A program made the translations under genes and the position numbers. The notes beneath the pieces were generated by a model that made no database searches, was not told the DNA's origin, and saw nothing but the letters and a program-made list of their open reading frames with translations. Below are positions 1-7,971 of a stretch of DNA of 32,000 nt, piece after piece (position 1 is the first letter of the stretch; every line of letters starts with the position of its first letter). This DNA comes from Dubosiella newyorkensis (GTDB lineage Bacteria > Bacillota_I > Bacilli_A > Erysipelotrichales > Erysipelotrichaceae). The stretch is from the NCBI RefSeq assembly GCF_001945605.1, contig NZ_MPKA01000090.1:29323-61322 (forward strand), given 5' to 3'.

Positions 1-729
1 CGTGATAGAGATCTGATGCGCCAAGGGATCGAAGCTCTGGCCAATCGGGATACGAACTTGCTAGTCGAGACGATCTTGACATTAGGCGTTTGTCAAAAGG
101 AAATCGACTATTCTAAATTTACTGTCGAGATTGATCGGTTCATGAATCAATACGTCAATCAGTCGTTAGTGGATATCAATTTACCAAAGATGATCCAAGA
201 TATGTTCGCGATCTGTCATCGATATTCGATCATGTTGCCAAAAGGGATCTCGATGCTCGCACGATCGCTCGTCACCTTTGAAGGAACGATAAAAGCGCTC
301 GATCCGATGACGAATATCATGGAAATCGTCTCGATGTATCGAAACGATCTTCTAGATATCGATTGGGCCAAGCAGCTCAAGAAAACGACCCTCAAAGTAT
401 TGGACGCGGCCAACAAGTCGCTCGATCTGCCCATCACGCTCGACGCGGTCTTGAAAGCGGTCCAAAAAGGGCAGATCAAGGTGAATCTAAATTTATTGGG
501 CAGCGAAGCGCCGATCGCGAATTTAGATCGAATGATCAATCGCATCGTTGTTTGTGTCTTGATCGCCGCTTTATTGATGGGAAGCAGTATAATATGTACG
601 ACCAATATGAAGCCAAAAGTGCTAGGGATCCCATTGATTGGTTTTCTTGGCTTTATGATCGCTTTTGGCATGAGTTTGTGGTTGTTTGTGAAGATGCTTT
701 TTCTGCATCAAAAAAACAAACCGTTTTAG
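1..729 (+). CDS. ABC1/UbiB (AarF) family putative kinase, C-terminal part; the 5' end lies upstream of the window
   Basis: The frame is open from nt 1 (RDRDL precedes the first Met at 16). The segment ...LPKGISMLARSLVTFEGTIKALDP... resembles the conserved C-terminal helical region of ABC1/UbiB proteins. It ends in two hydrophobic helices (IVVCVLIAALLMGSSII, LIGFLGFMIAFGMSLWLFV). Stop TAG at 727-729. Confidence 0.65.
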   Translation, partial: RDRDLMRQGIEALANRDTNLLVETILTLGVCQKEIDYSKFTVEIDRFMNQYVNQSLVDINLPKMIQDMFAICHRYSIMLPKGISMLARSLVTFEGTIKALDPMTNIMEIVSMYRNDLLDIDWAKQLKKTTLKVLDAANKSLDLPITLDAVLKAVQKGQIKVNLNLLGSEAPIANLDRMINRIVVCVLIAALLMGSSIICTTNMKPKVLGIPLIGFLGFMIAFGMSLWLFVKMLFLHQKNKPF

Positions 730-738
730 CAAAGGAGC

Positions 739-1248
739 ATGAATTTGAAAGAACATATAAAAGCGACAATGGCTTCAAGCTTGCTTATCTTGATCCTTGT
801 CGGACTTGACCAATGGAGCAAATGGGCAATCCAAACCCACATGAAGCTGTATGAATCGATCCCGATCATGCCTAGATTTTTCAAGCTGTTTTATGTCCAG
901 AATACGGGAGCTGGCTTCAGTTTATTTGAAGGATTTGGACCTTGGTTTTTCTTGATCCTGACTCTGATCGCTCTATGCGCCATAGTTTACTATTTCTATC
1001 ATACGAACGATCGGATGGTGCAGCTGAGCTTAACGCTTATTTTCGCAGGAGCGATCGGCAATTTGATCGACCGCATGAGACTAGGTTATGTGGTGGATTT
1101 TTTCAGCTTCAATCTTTTTGGCTGGGATTTTCCCGTCTTCAATATCGCGGACATTTGTATTAGTGTCGGCTTTATCCTTTTAGTCGTTTATTTGTTGTGG
1201 GATGAATACAGAAAGGAAAAACAATGGAAAAACAATATCAAGTCGTAG
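739..1248 (+). CDS. lspA: Lipoprotein signal peptidase (signal peptidase II)
   Basis: RBS AAAGGAG lies just upstream of ATG 739. The protein has four hydrophobic helices and family motifs YVQNTGAGFSLF and FNIADICISVG (catalytic Asp boxes). lspA followed by rluD is the gene order in B. subtilis. Confidence 0.9.
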   Translation: MNLKEHIKATMASSLLILILVGLDQWSKWAIQTHMKLYESIPIMPRFFKLFYVQNTGAGFSLFEGFGPWFFLILTLIALCAIVYYFYHTNDRMVQLSLTLIFAGAIGNLIDRMRLGYVVDFFSFNLFGWDFPVFNIADICISVGFILLVVYLLWDEYRKEKQWKNNIKS

Positions 1249-2141
1249 AAGAGAAGGGCGCCAATCAACGCCTCGATAAAGCGCTCTGTCTACTCTTTGA
1301 CATTTCTAGAAATCGAGCCAAAGAGCTGATCGATGAAGAAGCGGTCCTTGTCAATGGGATCGGCACCAAACCCTCGTATAAAGTACAGACGGGCGATGAG
1401 ATCGAACTTCTCATGCCGCCTTTAGAAGAAGTCGAGATCAAGCCGGAAAACATTCCTCTCGATATCGTGTATGAAGATGAGGATGTATTGGTCGTAAACA
1501 AGCCAAGAGGAATGGTCGTTCATCCTTCGCCAGGCCATTATTCAGGAACGCTAGTCAACGCCTTGATGTATCACATCAAAGATTTAAGCGGGATCAATGG
1601 AGTGATGCGTCCAGGGATCGTGCACCGGATCGATAAAGATACAAGTGGGTTATTGATCGTCTGCAAAAACGACAACGCACATACACAAATCTCTAAGCAA
1701 CTTTCAGAGAAAGAGTGCAAACGAGAATATAAGGCGATCGTCCATCGTCCATTCAGTCATACATTTGGCACAGTCGACGCACCGATCGGAAGAGATGAGA
1801 AGAACCGCCAAAAAATGGCGGTCACAGCCAACAACTCTAAAAACGCGATCACGCATTTTGAGGTGTTGGAAAACTTTAAAAACTACGCCTATATTTTATG
1901 CAAGCTCGAGACGGGAAGGACCCACCAGATCCGTGTCCATATGGAATATATCGAACATCCGATCGTCGGCGATCCAAAATATGGGTATCGTAAAACGCTT
2001 CCGACTGATGGACAGCTTCTTCACGCCTATGCGCTTGAATTCACGCACCCAACGACAGGCAAGAGAATGCGCTTTGAAAAAGAGCCGCCTCAGATTTTTC
2101 AAGACGTGCTCCATAAAATGGAAACAGGAGAGATCGAATGA
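1224..2141 (+). CDS. rluD: 23S rRNA pseudouridine synthase, RluA family (RluD-like, with N-terminal S4 domain)
   Basis: Catalytic motif HRIDKDTSGLLIV and C-terminal RTHQIRVH...PIVGDPKYG are present. An S4-like N-terminus (QRLDKAL...) is present. The gene overlaps the lspA 3' end by 25 nt and has RBS GAAAGGAAAAA. Confidence 0.9.
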   Translation: MEKQYQVVEEKGANQRLDKALCLLFDISRNRAKELIDEEAVLVNGIGTKPSYKVQTGDEIELLMPPLEEVEIKPENIPLDIVYEDEDVLVVNKPRGMVVHPSPGHYSGTLVNALMYHIKDLSGINGVMRPGIVHRIDKDTSGLLIVCKNDNAHTQISKQLSEKECKREYKAIVHRPFSHTFGTVDAPIGRDEKNRQKMAVTANNSKNAITHFEVLENFKNYAYILCKLETGRTHQIRVHMEYIEHPIVGDPKYGYRKTLPTDGQLLHAYALEFTHPTTGKRMRFEKEPPQIFQDVLHKMETGEIE

Positions 2142-2623
2142 GGGCCAAGGAAGATGTATTGACATGGGATCAATACTTTATGAGTATGGCTCATCTAAGC
2201 GCGATGCGAAGCAAAGATCCAAACACGCGAGTGGGCGCATGTATCGTCAATCCTCAAAAAAGAGTCGTTGGCTTAGGGTACAATGGATTCCCGATGGGGT
2301 GCAGCGACACGAAGTATTCTTGGGAGAGGGAAGGCGATTTTCTAGAAACGAAGTATCCGTATGTCGTTCATGCCGAACTCAACGCGATCCTCAATAGTAT
2401 TCAAAACTTAGCGGGATGCACGATGTACGTATCGTTATTTCCATGCAACGAGTGCGCGAAAGCGATCATTCAATCCGGAATCAAAACGGTAGTCTATGAA
2501 GATGACAAGTATGATGGCTCTCCTGAAAATATGGCAAGCAAGCGCATGTTTCTCGACGCGGGAGTCGTTTTGATCCAGCTGCCTTATTGTTTGAAAGTCT
2601 GCGTGGAAGAAATCGAAGAATGA
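2138..2623 (+). CDS. comEB: dCMP deaminase (ComEB-type cytidine/deoxycytidylate deaminase)
   Basis: Zinc motifs HAELNA and PCNECAKAI are present. The start overlaps the rluD stop as ATGA. Length is 161 aa. Confidence 0.85.
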   Translation: MRAKEDVLTWDQYFMSMAHLSAMRSKDPNTRVGACIVNPQKRVVGLGYNGFPMGCSDTKYSWEREGDFLETKYPYVVHAELNAILNSIQNLAGCTMYVSLFPCNECAKAIIQSGIKTVVYEDDKYDGSPENMASKRMFLDAGVVLIQLPYCLKVCVEEIEE

Positions 2624-2624
2624 G

Positions 2625-2655
2625 AAAAAAGCCTTTTGCGAAAAAAGGCTTTTTT
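2625..2655. terminator. Bidirectional rho-independent terminator between convergent comEB and rnhC
   Basis: AAAAAAGCCTTTT-gcgaa-AAAAGGCTTTTTT: an 8-bp core stem with an A-run and a T-run on either side. It overlaps the rnhC stop codon. Confidence 0.8.
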
Positions 2656-3514
2656 AAAGCATATGTTTGATCTTTTCTGTATTCTTGAAATGCAATTTGG
2701 CAACATCATACAGAGGATCCCATCCATAGCGTTCTACAAACTGAACACCGCTTTGATCGACTTTCGCGCCAGCGCCCTTCGGAAAGAGAAAATCGTATTT
2801 TTCCGACATCTTATCCATGTACTTTAAAAAGGTCGCTCGAGCCAACACGCTTGCAGCCGCGACTGCTAAATATTTCGATTCCGCTTTCGTTTCAAAATGA
2901 AGATCCTTCACGACGTGATCTTGGCCTTGCAAATAGCGGTAATACGATTTTTCTTGGACGAATTGATCGACAACACTTAAAGAAGGGAGCGGATTTCCTT
3001 TTTGTTCAAGATTCCAATACGCTTGATTGTGTAAGATGCATTTCATCGCGACCATATTGTATCGCGAAGACATCGCGTTGTATTTCGCGTTGTTGACGAT
3101 CAAGATCGAATGCGGACAAAGCTCTTTGATCGTTTCTTCGACTTGCAGTATGAAGGCGTCTTTCATTTTTTTTGAATCGGTGATCTGCAACGTCATGAGC
3201 TTTTCGGCCGCTTTTTGATCGACGATGCAAGCTGCTACGACGACTGGACCAAAATAGTCGCCCGTTCCCACTTCATCGCTTCCTGCTTGAGGAAAGATCG
3301 CCTCTGTTTTCTTTTCTGGCTCTGGCTCCAAAAAAGAAAGGTCCTTTCCTTGGTAAACGACTTTGCCTGAAGCGTAGGCGGTGATGCTCATCGATTCGAG
3401 CTTTGCTTGAAAAAGCGTATAGTTAGGTTGTTTCCATGCAACGACGTAGGGGGCGATCCTTTGTTTTAGAGAGTCGATGTCCTCAAGCGACATCGTTTTT
3501 GTGATTGTAGGCAT
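2654..3514 (-). CDS. rnhC: Ribonuclease HIII
   Basis: The N-terminal RNase HIII-specific domain (SITAYASGKVVYQGKD) is followed by an RNase HII/HIII catalytic core beginning GSDEVGTGDYFGP. Length is 286 aa. Confidence 0.85.
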   Translation of the reverse strand: MPTITKTMSLEDIDSLKQRIAPYVVAWKQPNYTLFQAKLESMSITAYASGKVVYQGKDLSFLEPEPEKKTEAIFPQAGSDEVGTGDYFGPVVVAACIVDQKAAEKLMTLQITDSKKMKDAFILQVEETIKELCPHSILIVNNAKYNAMSSRYNMVAMKCILHNQAYWNLEQKGNPLPSLSVVDQFVQEKSYYRYLQGQDHVVKDLHFETKAESKYLAVAAASVLARATFLKYMDKMSEKYDFLFPKGAGAKVDQSGVQFVERYGWDPLYDVAKLHFKNTEKIKHML

Positions 3515-3614
3515 AGATTGATTGTAGCACGCTTACAGGTCGTAAAATAGATTCGCTTGCCGAATATGCTAAAATAAGTGTGAAACAATCGTTTAAAAGG
3601 AGGTATAAGGTCCA

Positions 3615-5921
3615 ATGGATCCTTCTCAATTTCGAAATGAACTGAATAAAGCCATCGACTATCATCAAGTGCTTTTACAAGTTTCTCGATTCGCGTCGTT
3701 TTCGGCTTCAAAACAACACATAGAACAAGCGCTTCCTTATTCTGAGCTCGCCAAAGCTAAAGAAGATCTCGCTTATATCCAAGAAGGGATCGAGTTTATC
3801 CGCAAAGGAAAAGACTGCTCGTTAGGTGGGATCAGCGACATTCAGCCTTTGATTGAATCTGCAAAAAAAGGAATCATCCTTCTTGCGGGCGAACTCATGC
3901 AAGTCTCGATGTTTCTTTCGGGAGTCTACAATGCGATCAACTCGTTCCATGAAGAAGAGCCGCTCTTCTTTGATCTTTGCGATACGATGGATCCATGTAT
4001 CGCCCTTAGAAAAGAGATCGACGCCAAAATCGATCTGAGCGGAGACGTCAAAGAAAACGCGACACCAGCTTTAGAACGGCTTATTCAACAGCAGCGGAAC
4101 ACACGCGCTGAAGCGACTCGCAGCACGAAAGAATTCGCTCGCAAGCACGTCAATCAATTGATGGATACGACGATCACGACGATCCAAGGCCGCTTTTGCG
4201 TTTTGGCCAAAGCAAGCGAAAAAAACACGTTTGGCGGTCTGATCCATAGCGCGAGCCAATCGGGACTTGCTTATTATGTGGAACCATCCAGCTTTGTCAA
4301 GATCAACAATACCCTTCAATCTCTGGAACTGCAGATCGAAGAAGAAAAGAAAGCGATCCGCAAAACCTTGAGCAGACAAGTGAAGGCGAAAGCGATCGCT
4401 CTTGAATCAGATCTTGAAACGATCACTAAGATCGACTCGCTTCTTGCCCGTTCCAAATGGGCGTATCGATATGATGGGTGTGTTCCTGTATTCCAGCAAC
4501 GAGATTCTAGACTGCAGATCAATAATGCGCGTCATCCGCTCATCGATGAGAAAAAAGTGGTTGCGAATGATTATGCCCTAAAACCTGAACAATATTGTTT
4601 GATGGTCTCAGGCCCGAACATGGGAGGAAAAACAGTGACGCTAAAGACGATCGGCTTATTTGTCGCTCTTTCGCATGCTGGTTTTCCTGTCTTGGCTCAT
4701 GAAGCTCTCTTTCCTTGGTTCGAATCGATGTGGTTCGATATCGGAGATCATCAATCGATCGAACAAAATCTATCGACTTTTTCTTCCCATATGAGCAAGA
4801 TTGCCACGATCTGTGAGCACGCGAAAGATAAAACATTCTTGTTGCTGGATGAAATCGGAAATGGGACCGATCCAAACGAAGGAGCGAGCCTCGCTTCGGC
4901 GATCTTAGAGTATTTGATCGCCAAAAAAGCGACGATCATCACCTCCACCCACTATGAGCAAGTCAAGGCGTTCGGGACTTCCAATCCACATACGTTAGTA
5001 TCCAGTGTGGAATTTGATCTAGAGACGCTCAAACCGACCTATCGATATTTGCCCGGTATTTCTGGAGGTTCGTTCGCGTTTTCGATCGCTAAAGACTTAT
5101 CACTTGATGAGAAGATCATCGATCGCGCGATCGAATTCAAGGAAAGTCAAATGAAGGAGTCGGATAAGGCGCTCGAGCGTTTAGAGATCGAACAAAAGAA
5201 AGTGATGCAAGAGAAAGAACGATTCGATCAATTGATCAAAGACGCACACGATCTTCAAAAGAAAGCGGAAGCCGAGCGTCAAAAATGGGAACGAAAATAC
5301 GAACAGCTGCAAGCGGAGTATGAGCAGCGTATCGAGGAGATGCTTGAAGAAAAAAGAGAAGAAGCGCGCTCCATCATTAAATCGATGCAGTCCAACGCGA
5401 AAGTCCATGAGCAAATCGACTCCTTGCATCAGATCAATCAATTGGCTCCAGTTCAAAAAGAAGAAAAACAAGCAAAAGAGGACTTCAAAGTAGGAGATTA
5501 TGTTCATATTTCTTCTTTAAATTCCCATGGCGAGATCATCGAAATCCGAAAGAAGCAGGCGACAGTATTGAGTAACGGCATGAAGATGAATGTCAAACTG
5601 AATACGCTCTCCAAGATCGAAAGGCCTAGACCCAAACCAGTGCCTACGAAAGCTCGCGTCGATAAAGTCTCGACTCGTTTCCCTCTTGAACTCAATTTGA
5701 TCGGAATGCGGGTGGAAGAAGGTTTGCAGGCGCTCGATCATTATTTAGATCAGGCGATCGTCCATAAAGCGATCAGTGTTCGTATCATTCATGGAATGGG
5801 CACTGGAAAGCTAAGAGCGGCGATCTGGAACGATCTAAAAAAGCGCAGCACCGTCAAAAGCTTTCAAGCAGGAGGCCCGCAAGAAGGAGGCCTTGGGGCA
5901 ACAATCGTCAATTTTAAATAA
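3615..5921 (+). CDS. mutS2: Endonuclease MutS2 (MutS domain, coiled coil, C-terminal Smr domain)
   Basis: Walker A GPNMGGKT and Walker B LLLDEIGNGTDP are present. A long Lys/Glu coiled coil follows. The C-terminal Smr motif is LNLIGMRVEE...HGMGTGKLR. RBS GGAGG lies 11 nt upstream. Confidence 0.9.
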   Translation: MDPSQFRNELNKAIDYHQVLLQVSRFASFSASKQHIEQALPYSELAKAKEDLAYIQEGIEFIRKGKDCSLGGISDIQPLIESAKKGIILLAGELMQVSMFLSGVYNAINSFHEEEPLFFDLCDTMDPCIALRKEIDAKIDLSGDVKENATPALERLIQQQRNTRAEATRSTKEFARKHVNQLMDTTITTIQGRFCVLAKASEKNTFGGLIHSASQSGLAYYVEPSSFVKINNTLQSLELQIEEEKKAIRKTLSRQVKAKAIALESDLETITKIDSLLARSKWAYRYDGCVPVFQQRDSRLQINNARHPLIDEKKVVANDYALKPEQYCLMVSGPNMGGKTVTLKTIGLFVALSHAGFPVLAHEALFPWFESMWFDIGDHQSIEQNLSTFSSHMSKIATICEHAKDKTFLLLDEIGNGTDPNEGASLASAILEYLIAKKATIITSTHYEQVKAFGTSNPHTLVSSVEFDLETLKPTYRYLPGISGGSFAFSIAKDLSLDEKIIDRAIEFKESQMKESDKALERLEIEQKKVMQEKERFDQLIKDAHDLQKKAEAERQKWERKYEQLQAEYEQRIEEMLEEKREEARSIIKSMQSNAKVHEQIDSLHQINQLAPVQKEEKQAKEDFKVGDYVHISSLNSHGEIIEIRKKQATVLSNGMKMNVKLNTLSKIERPRPKPVPTKARVDKVSTRFPLELNLIGMRVEEGLQALDHYLDQAIVHKAISVRIIHGMGTGKLRAAIWNDLKKRSTVKSFQAGGPQEGGLGATIVNFK

Positions 5922-6122
5922 GAGGAATATAAGTAGGTTTTGTGTTTGTTTTAATTCCTTCACTATTTAGATCGCATCAAATAATCTGTGGAAATCATTA
6001 AAAGAGTGTGGGTAATTAAAAGTCAATGAATTAACTCCGTCAACCCTTTTTGAAGTGATCCTTTACAATCGATCAGCTCTACATTTTTTTCTAACTGCTT
6101 CAGATAAGAGAAGTGTGGAATG

Positions 6123-6162
6123 AAAAAAACTTGATTTTGTGTAACCAAAATCAAGTTTTTTT
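6123..6162. terminator. Bidirectional rho-independent terminator at the left edge of the AT-rich islet
   Basis: AAAAAAACTTGATTTTG-tgtaac-CAAAATCAAGTTTTTTT: an 11-bp stem flanked by an A-run and a T-run. It could end the mutS2 transcript (+) and/or the 6358-6852 gene (-). Confidence 0.7.
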
Positions 6163-6357
6163 AGATTTGAAAATTATAAATAGTTATTTCAGTGTTTTTT
6201 ACATGCAGTACTTTCTAAAATGAATCAAAAGCAATAGTGTTCAACCAACAGCTGATAGCAATACCATTTCGAGGTCTTGATTTCGAAAGTCGGGTGGTTT
6301 TCTAAAAGCGTTCTATTAAACAATCTAACCTATTTTGTTGTTATAATACTGTAAATA

Positions 6358-6852
6358 CTATTGATAAATTACATTTACGTATGTGTTTCTTTGTTGGGCA
6401 GTTCCAAAATACCATGTGCTAAGAACTTGGCCAGTATTGTTGTCAATTTGAGTGGCTTTATATTTTCGGACCGTCAAATCTGCCCAAATCCCTAATCTAC
6501 TATATCTTGAAGAATCAGCCGGAAGAATATAAGATGCTCCGGAAGTGTTCGAAACACTTACTCCAATAGTGATTCCGTCATAATTATAGGAACCAGAAGC
6601 GGTTTGCGTATAACTAGCGCTTACAGTATAACTAGAGGCTTTTTGCCAAGTTCCAATCATAGATGAATAACCAATAAAAACATTATTTGGATATGCTGTC
6701 GATATTAGTGTATTTTCCACGCGGGTAGATCCATGAGGAGCAACTTCGGTGGAATCATCATTTTCCTTAGCTGTGATTGATATAGGTGAAATTACGCCAG
6801 AAAATATACACGATATCAAAGAAAAACCTAAAGCAAAATTTTTAAATTTCAT
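6358..6852 (-). CDS. Hypothetical secreted or lipid-anchored Ser/Thr/Tyr-rich protein (164 aa), no family recognised
   Basis: A strong RBS (GGAGAAAGG) precedes the ATG. The N-terminal signal is MKFKNFALGFSLISC..., with a possible lipobox L-I-S-C or SPase I site ITA/KE. The mature part is predicted beta-rich. Codon and GATC usage is unlike the flanking genes. Confidence 0.6.
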   Translation of the reverse strand: MKFKNFALGFSLISCIFSGVISPISITAKENDDSTEVAPHGSTRVENTLISTAYPNNVFIGYSSMIGTWQKASSYTVSASYTQTASGSYNYDGITIGVSVSNTSGASYILPADSSRYSRLGIWADLTVRKYKATQIDNNTGQVLSTWYFGTAQQRNTYVNVIYQ

Positions 6853-6947
6853 AATCCTTTCTCCTTAGAATATTATATAATATCATTATCATAAGAAAGC
6901 TTTCTGTTGATTGGGTTATATAACTTAAGAAAATGGAGGTCAATATA

Positions 6948-7139
6948 ATGTTGCTTTTTTCTAGTTCATTTTTATTAGTAAGTGCGATGTGTATCCAAAT
7001 ATTAATAAGCTACCTTGATAAGAGTCATCCAACATGGTTAAATTCTGATTATTATTTATATTGTTATATTTTAGCAGCTTTTAGCATTTATTGCTTTATA
7101 TTGGATTTTAAACAAAGGTTCAAAAACAAAGATAGATAA
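6948..7139 (+). CDS. Hypothetical two-helix membrane micro-protein (about 63 aa)
   Basis: GGAGG at 6936-6940 sits 7 nt before ATG 6948, so I prefer this start over ATG 6933. Two hydrophobic helices (LLFSSSFLLVSAMCIQILISYL, YLYCYILAAFSIYCFIL) are followed by a basic tail KQRFKNKDR. It is divergent from the secreted-protein gene. Confidence 0.4.
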   Translation: MLLFSSSFLLVSAMCIQILISYLDKSHPTWLNSDYYLYCYILAAFSIYCFILDFKQRFKNKDR

Positions 7140-7971
7140 AAATATTATTAAAGAGTATTGGAATTGTAGTATAGTGGAGAACCGAAAGAGGGAGAACAGG
7201 GCAAGGCACGCGGACAAAAGCTAGAGAAAGTTTGATTCAGGAAAATTTCGGAACTAGAAATTGAAAGGTGATTAAAAATACGATAATTCTGATGAAGCAC
7301 GCTTGAAAAAGAGTCTTTGTCCTTTATAAGCGGAAAGCTAGGGTATATTTGTTTCCATTGCGTTTTTTATCTTTATCCATTATTTCTGCTGTATACATGA
7401 CGATTCCATAACGATTGAATTATTTATTGGATTTATGACCATCGCTTCCCTTGATCTTTGAAAGGATGGTGTCTACTGGTTAAATTATTTTACATTGAGA
7501 TAATGATGTGTTCGAGAATAATTGAAACGAGCAGTATCCGGAATTGTCTGCTGTTTTTCATCTATATTGGTTCATGTAAGTACAACGGATTTGATTCTTT
7601 GACCTTTTTTGATAATATTGTTATGGGGCATATGATTTTTTTCCTTTTTTTGCGAATTAAAGGTAACATATGTTCTTTTTTAATAAATAAGTTTCTGTAA
7701 AGGCTTAAAAGTGCTCTGCGTCTTTATTAAAATATTAAAAGATGATTTTCAGCAATATATCAAGAAATAGGATTTGAATTATCCGACATCAAAATAATCG
7801 CAATTATAGTAAACATCCAATGATGAACAATGTATCAAAGATATAAGGAGAACATATTTACAATTTCGATTCTAGAATAAACCTAAGCAGAAAACAAAGG
7901 CTTAGTTAGAAAGGAAAAGGTATATTGAAAGCCATCTTTGTTGAGCAAATTCAATATACTAGTAGACATCT

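Noticed and set aside
363-809. 148-aa plus-strand ORF overlapping the UbiB-like and lspA genes in another frame
   Set aside because: It is out of frame with two well-supported genes. The translation is Arg/Gln/Ser-rich junk with no motifs. Long spurious ORFs are common in this window, with few stop codons in the alternative frames.
1765-2397. 210-aa plus-strand ORF spanning the rluD/comEB junction
   Set aside because: It is an alternative frame of two genes with clear catalytic motifs. The product is highly basic and low-complexity, and there is no RBS.
5181-5507. 108-aa antisense ORF inside mutS2
   Set aside because: It lies opposite the Lys/Glu-rich coiled-coil region. The Phe/Leu-rich translation is simply the mirror image of AAG/GAA-rich coding sequence.
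7458-7700. 80-aa TTG-initiated ORF in the islet
   Set aside because: It has no RBS and uses a rare start codon. Its Phe/Ile/Leu-rich composition is what random AT-rich DNA produces. It is kept only as part of the ORF-free region discussion.
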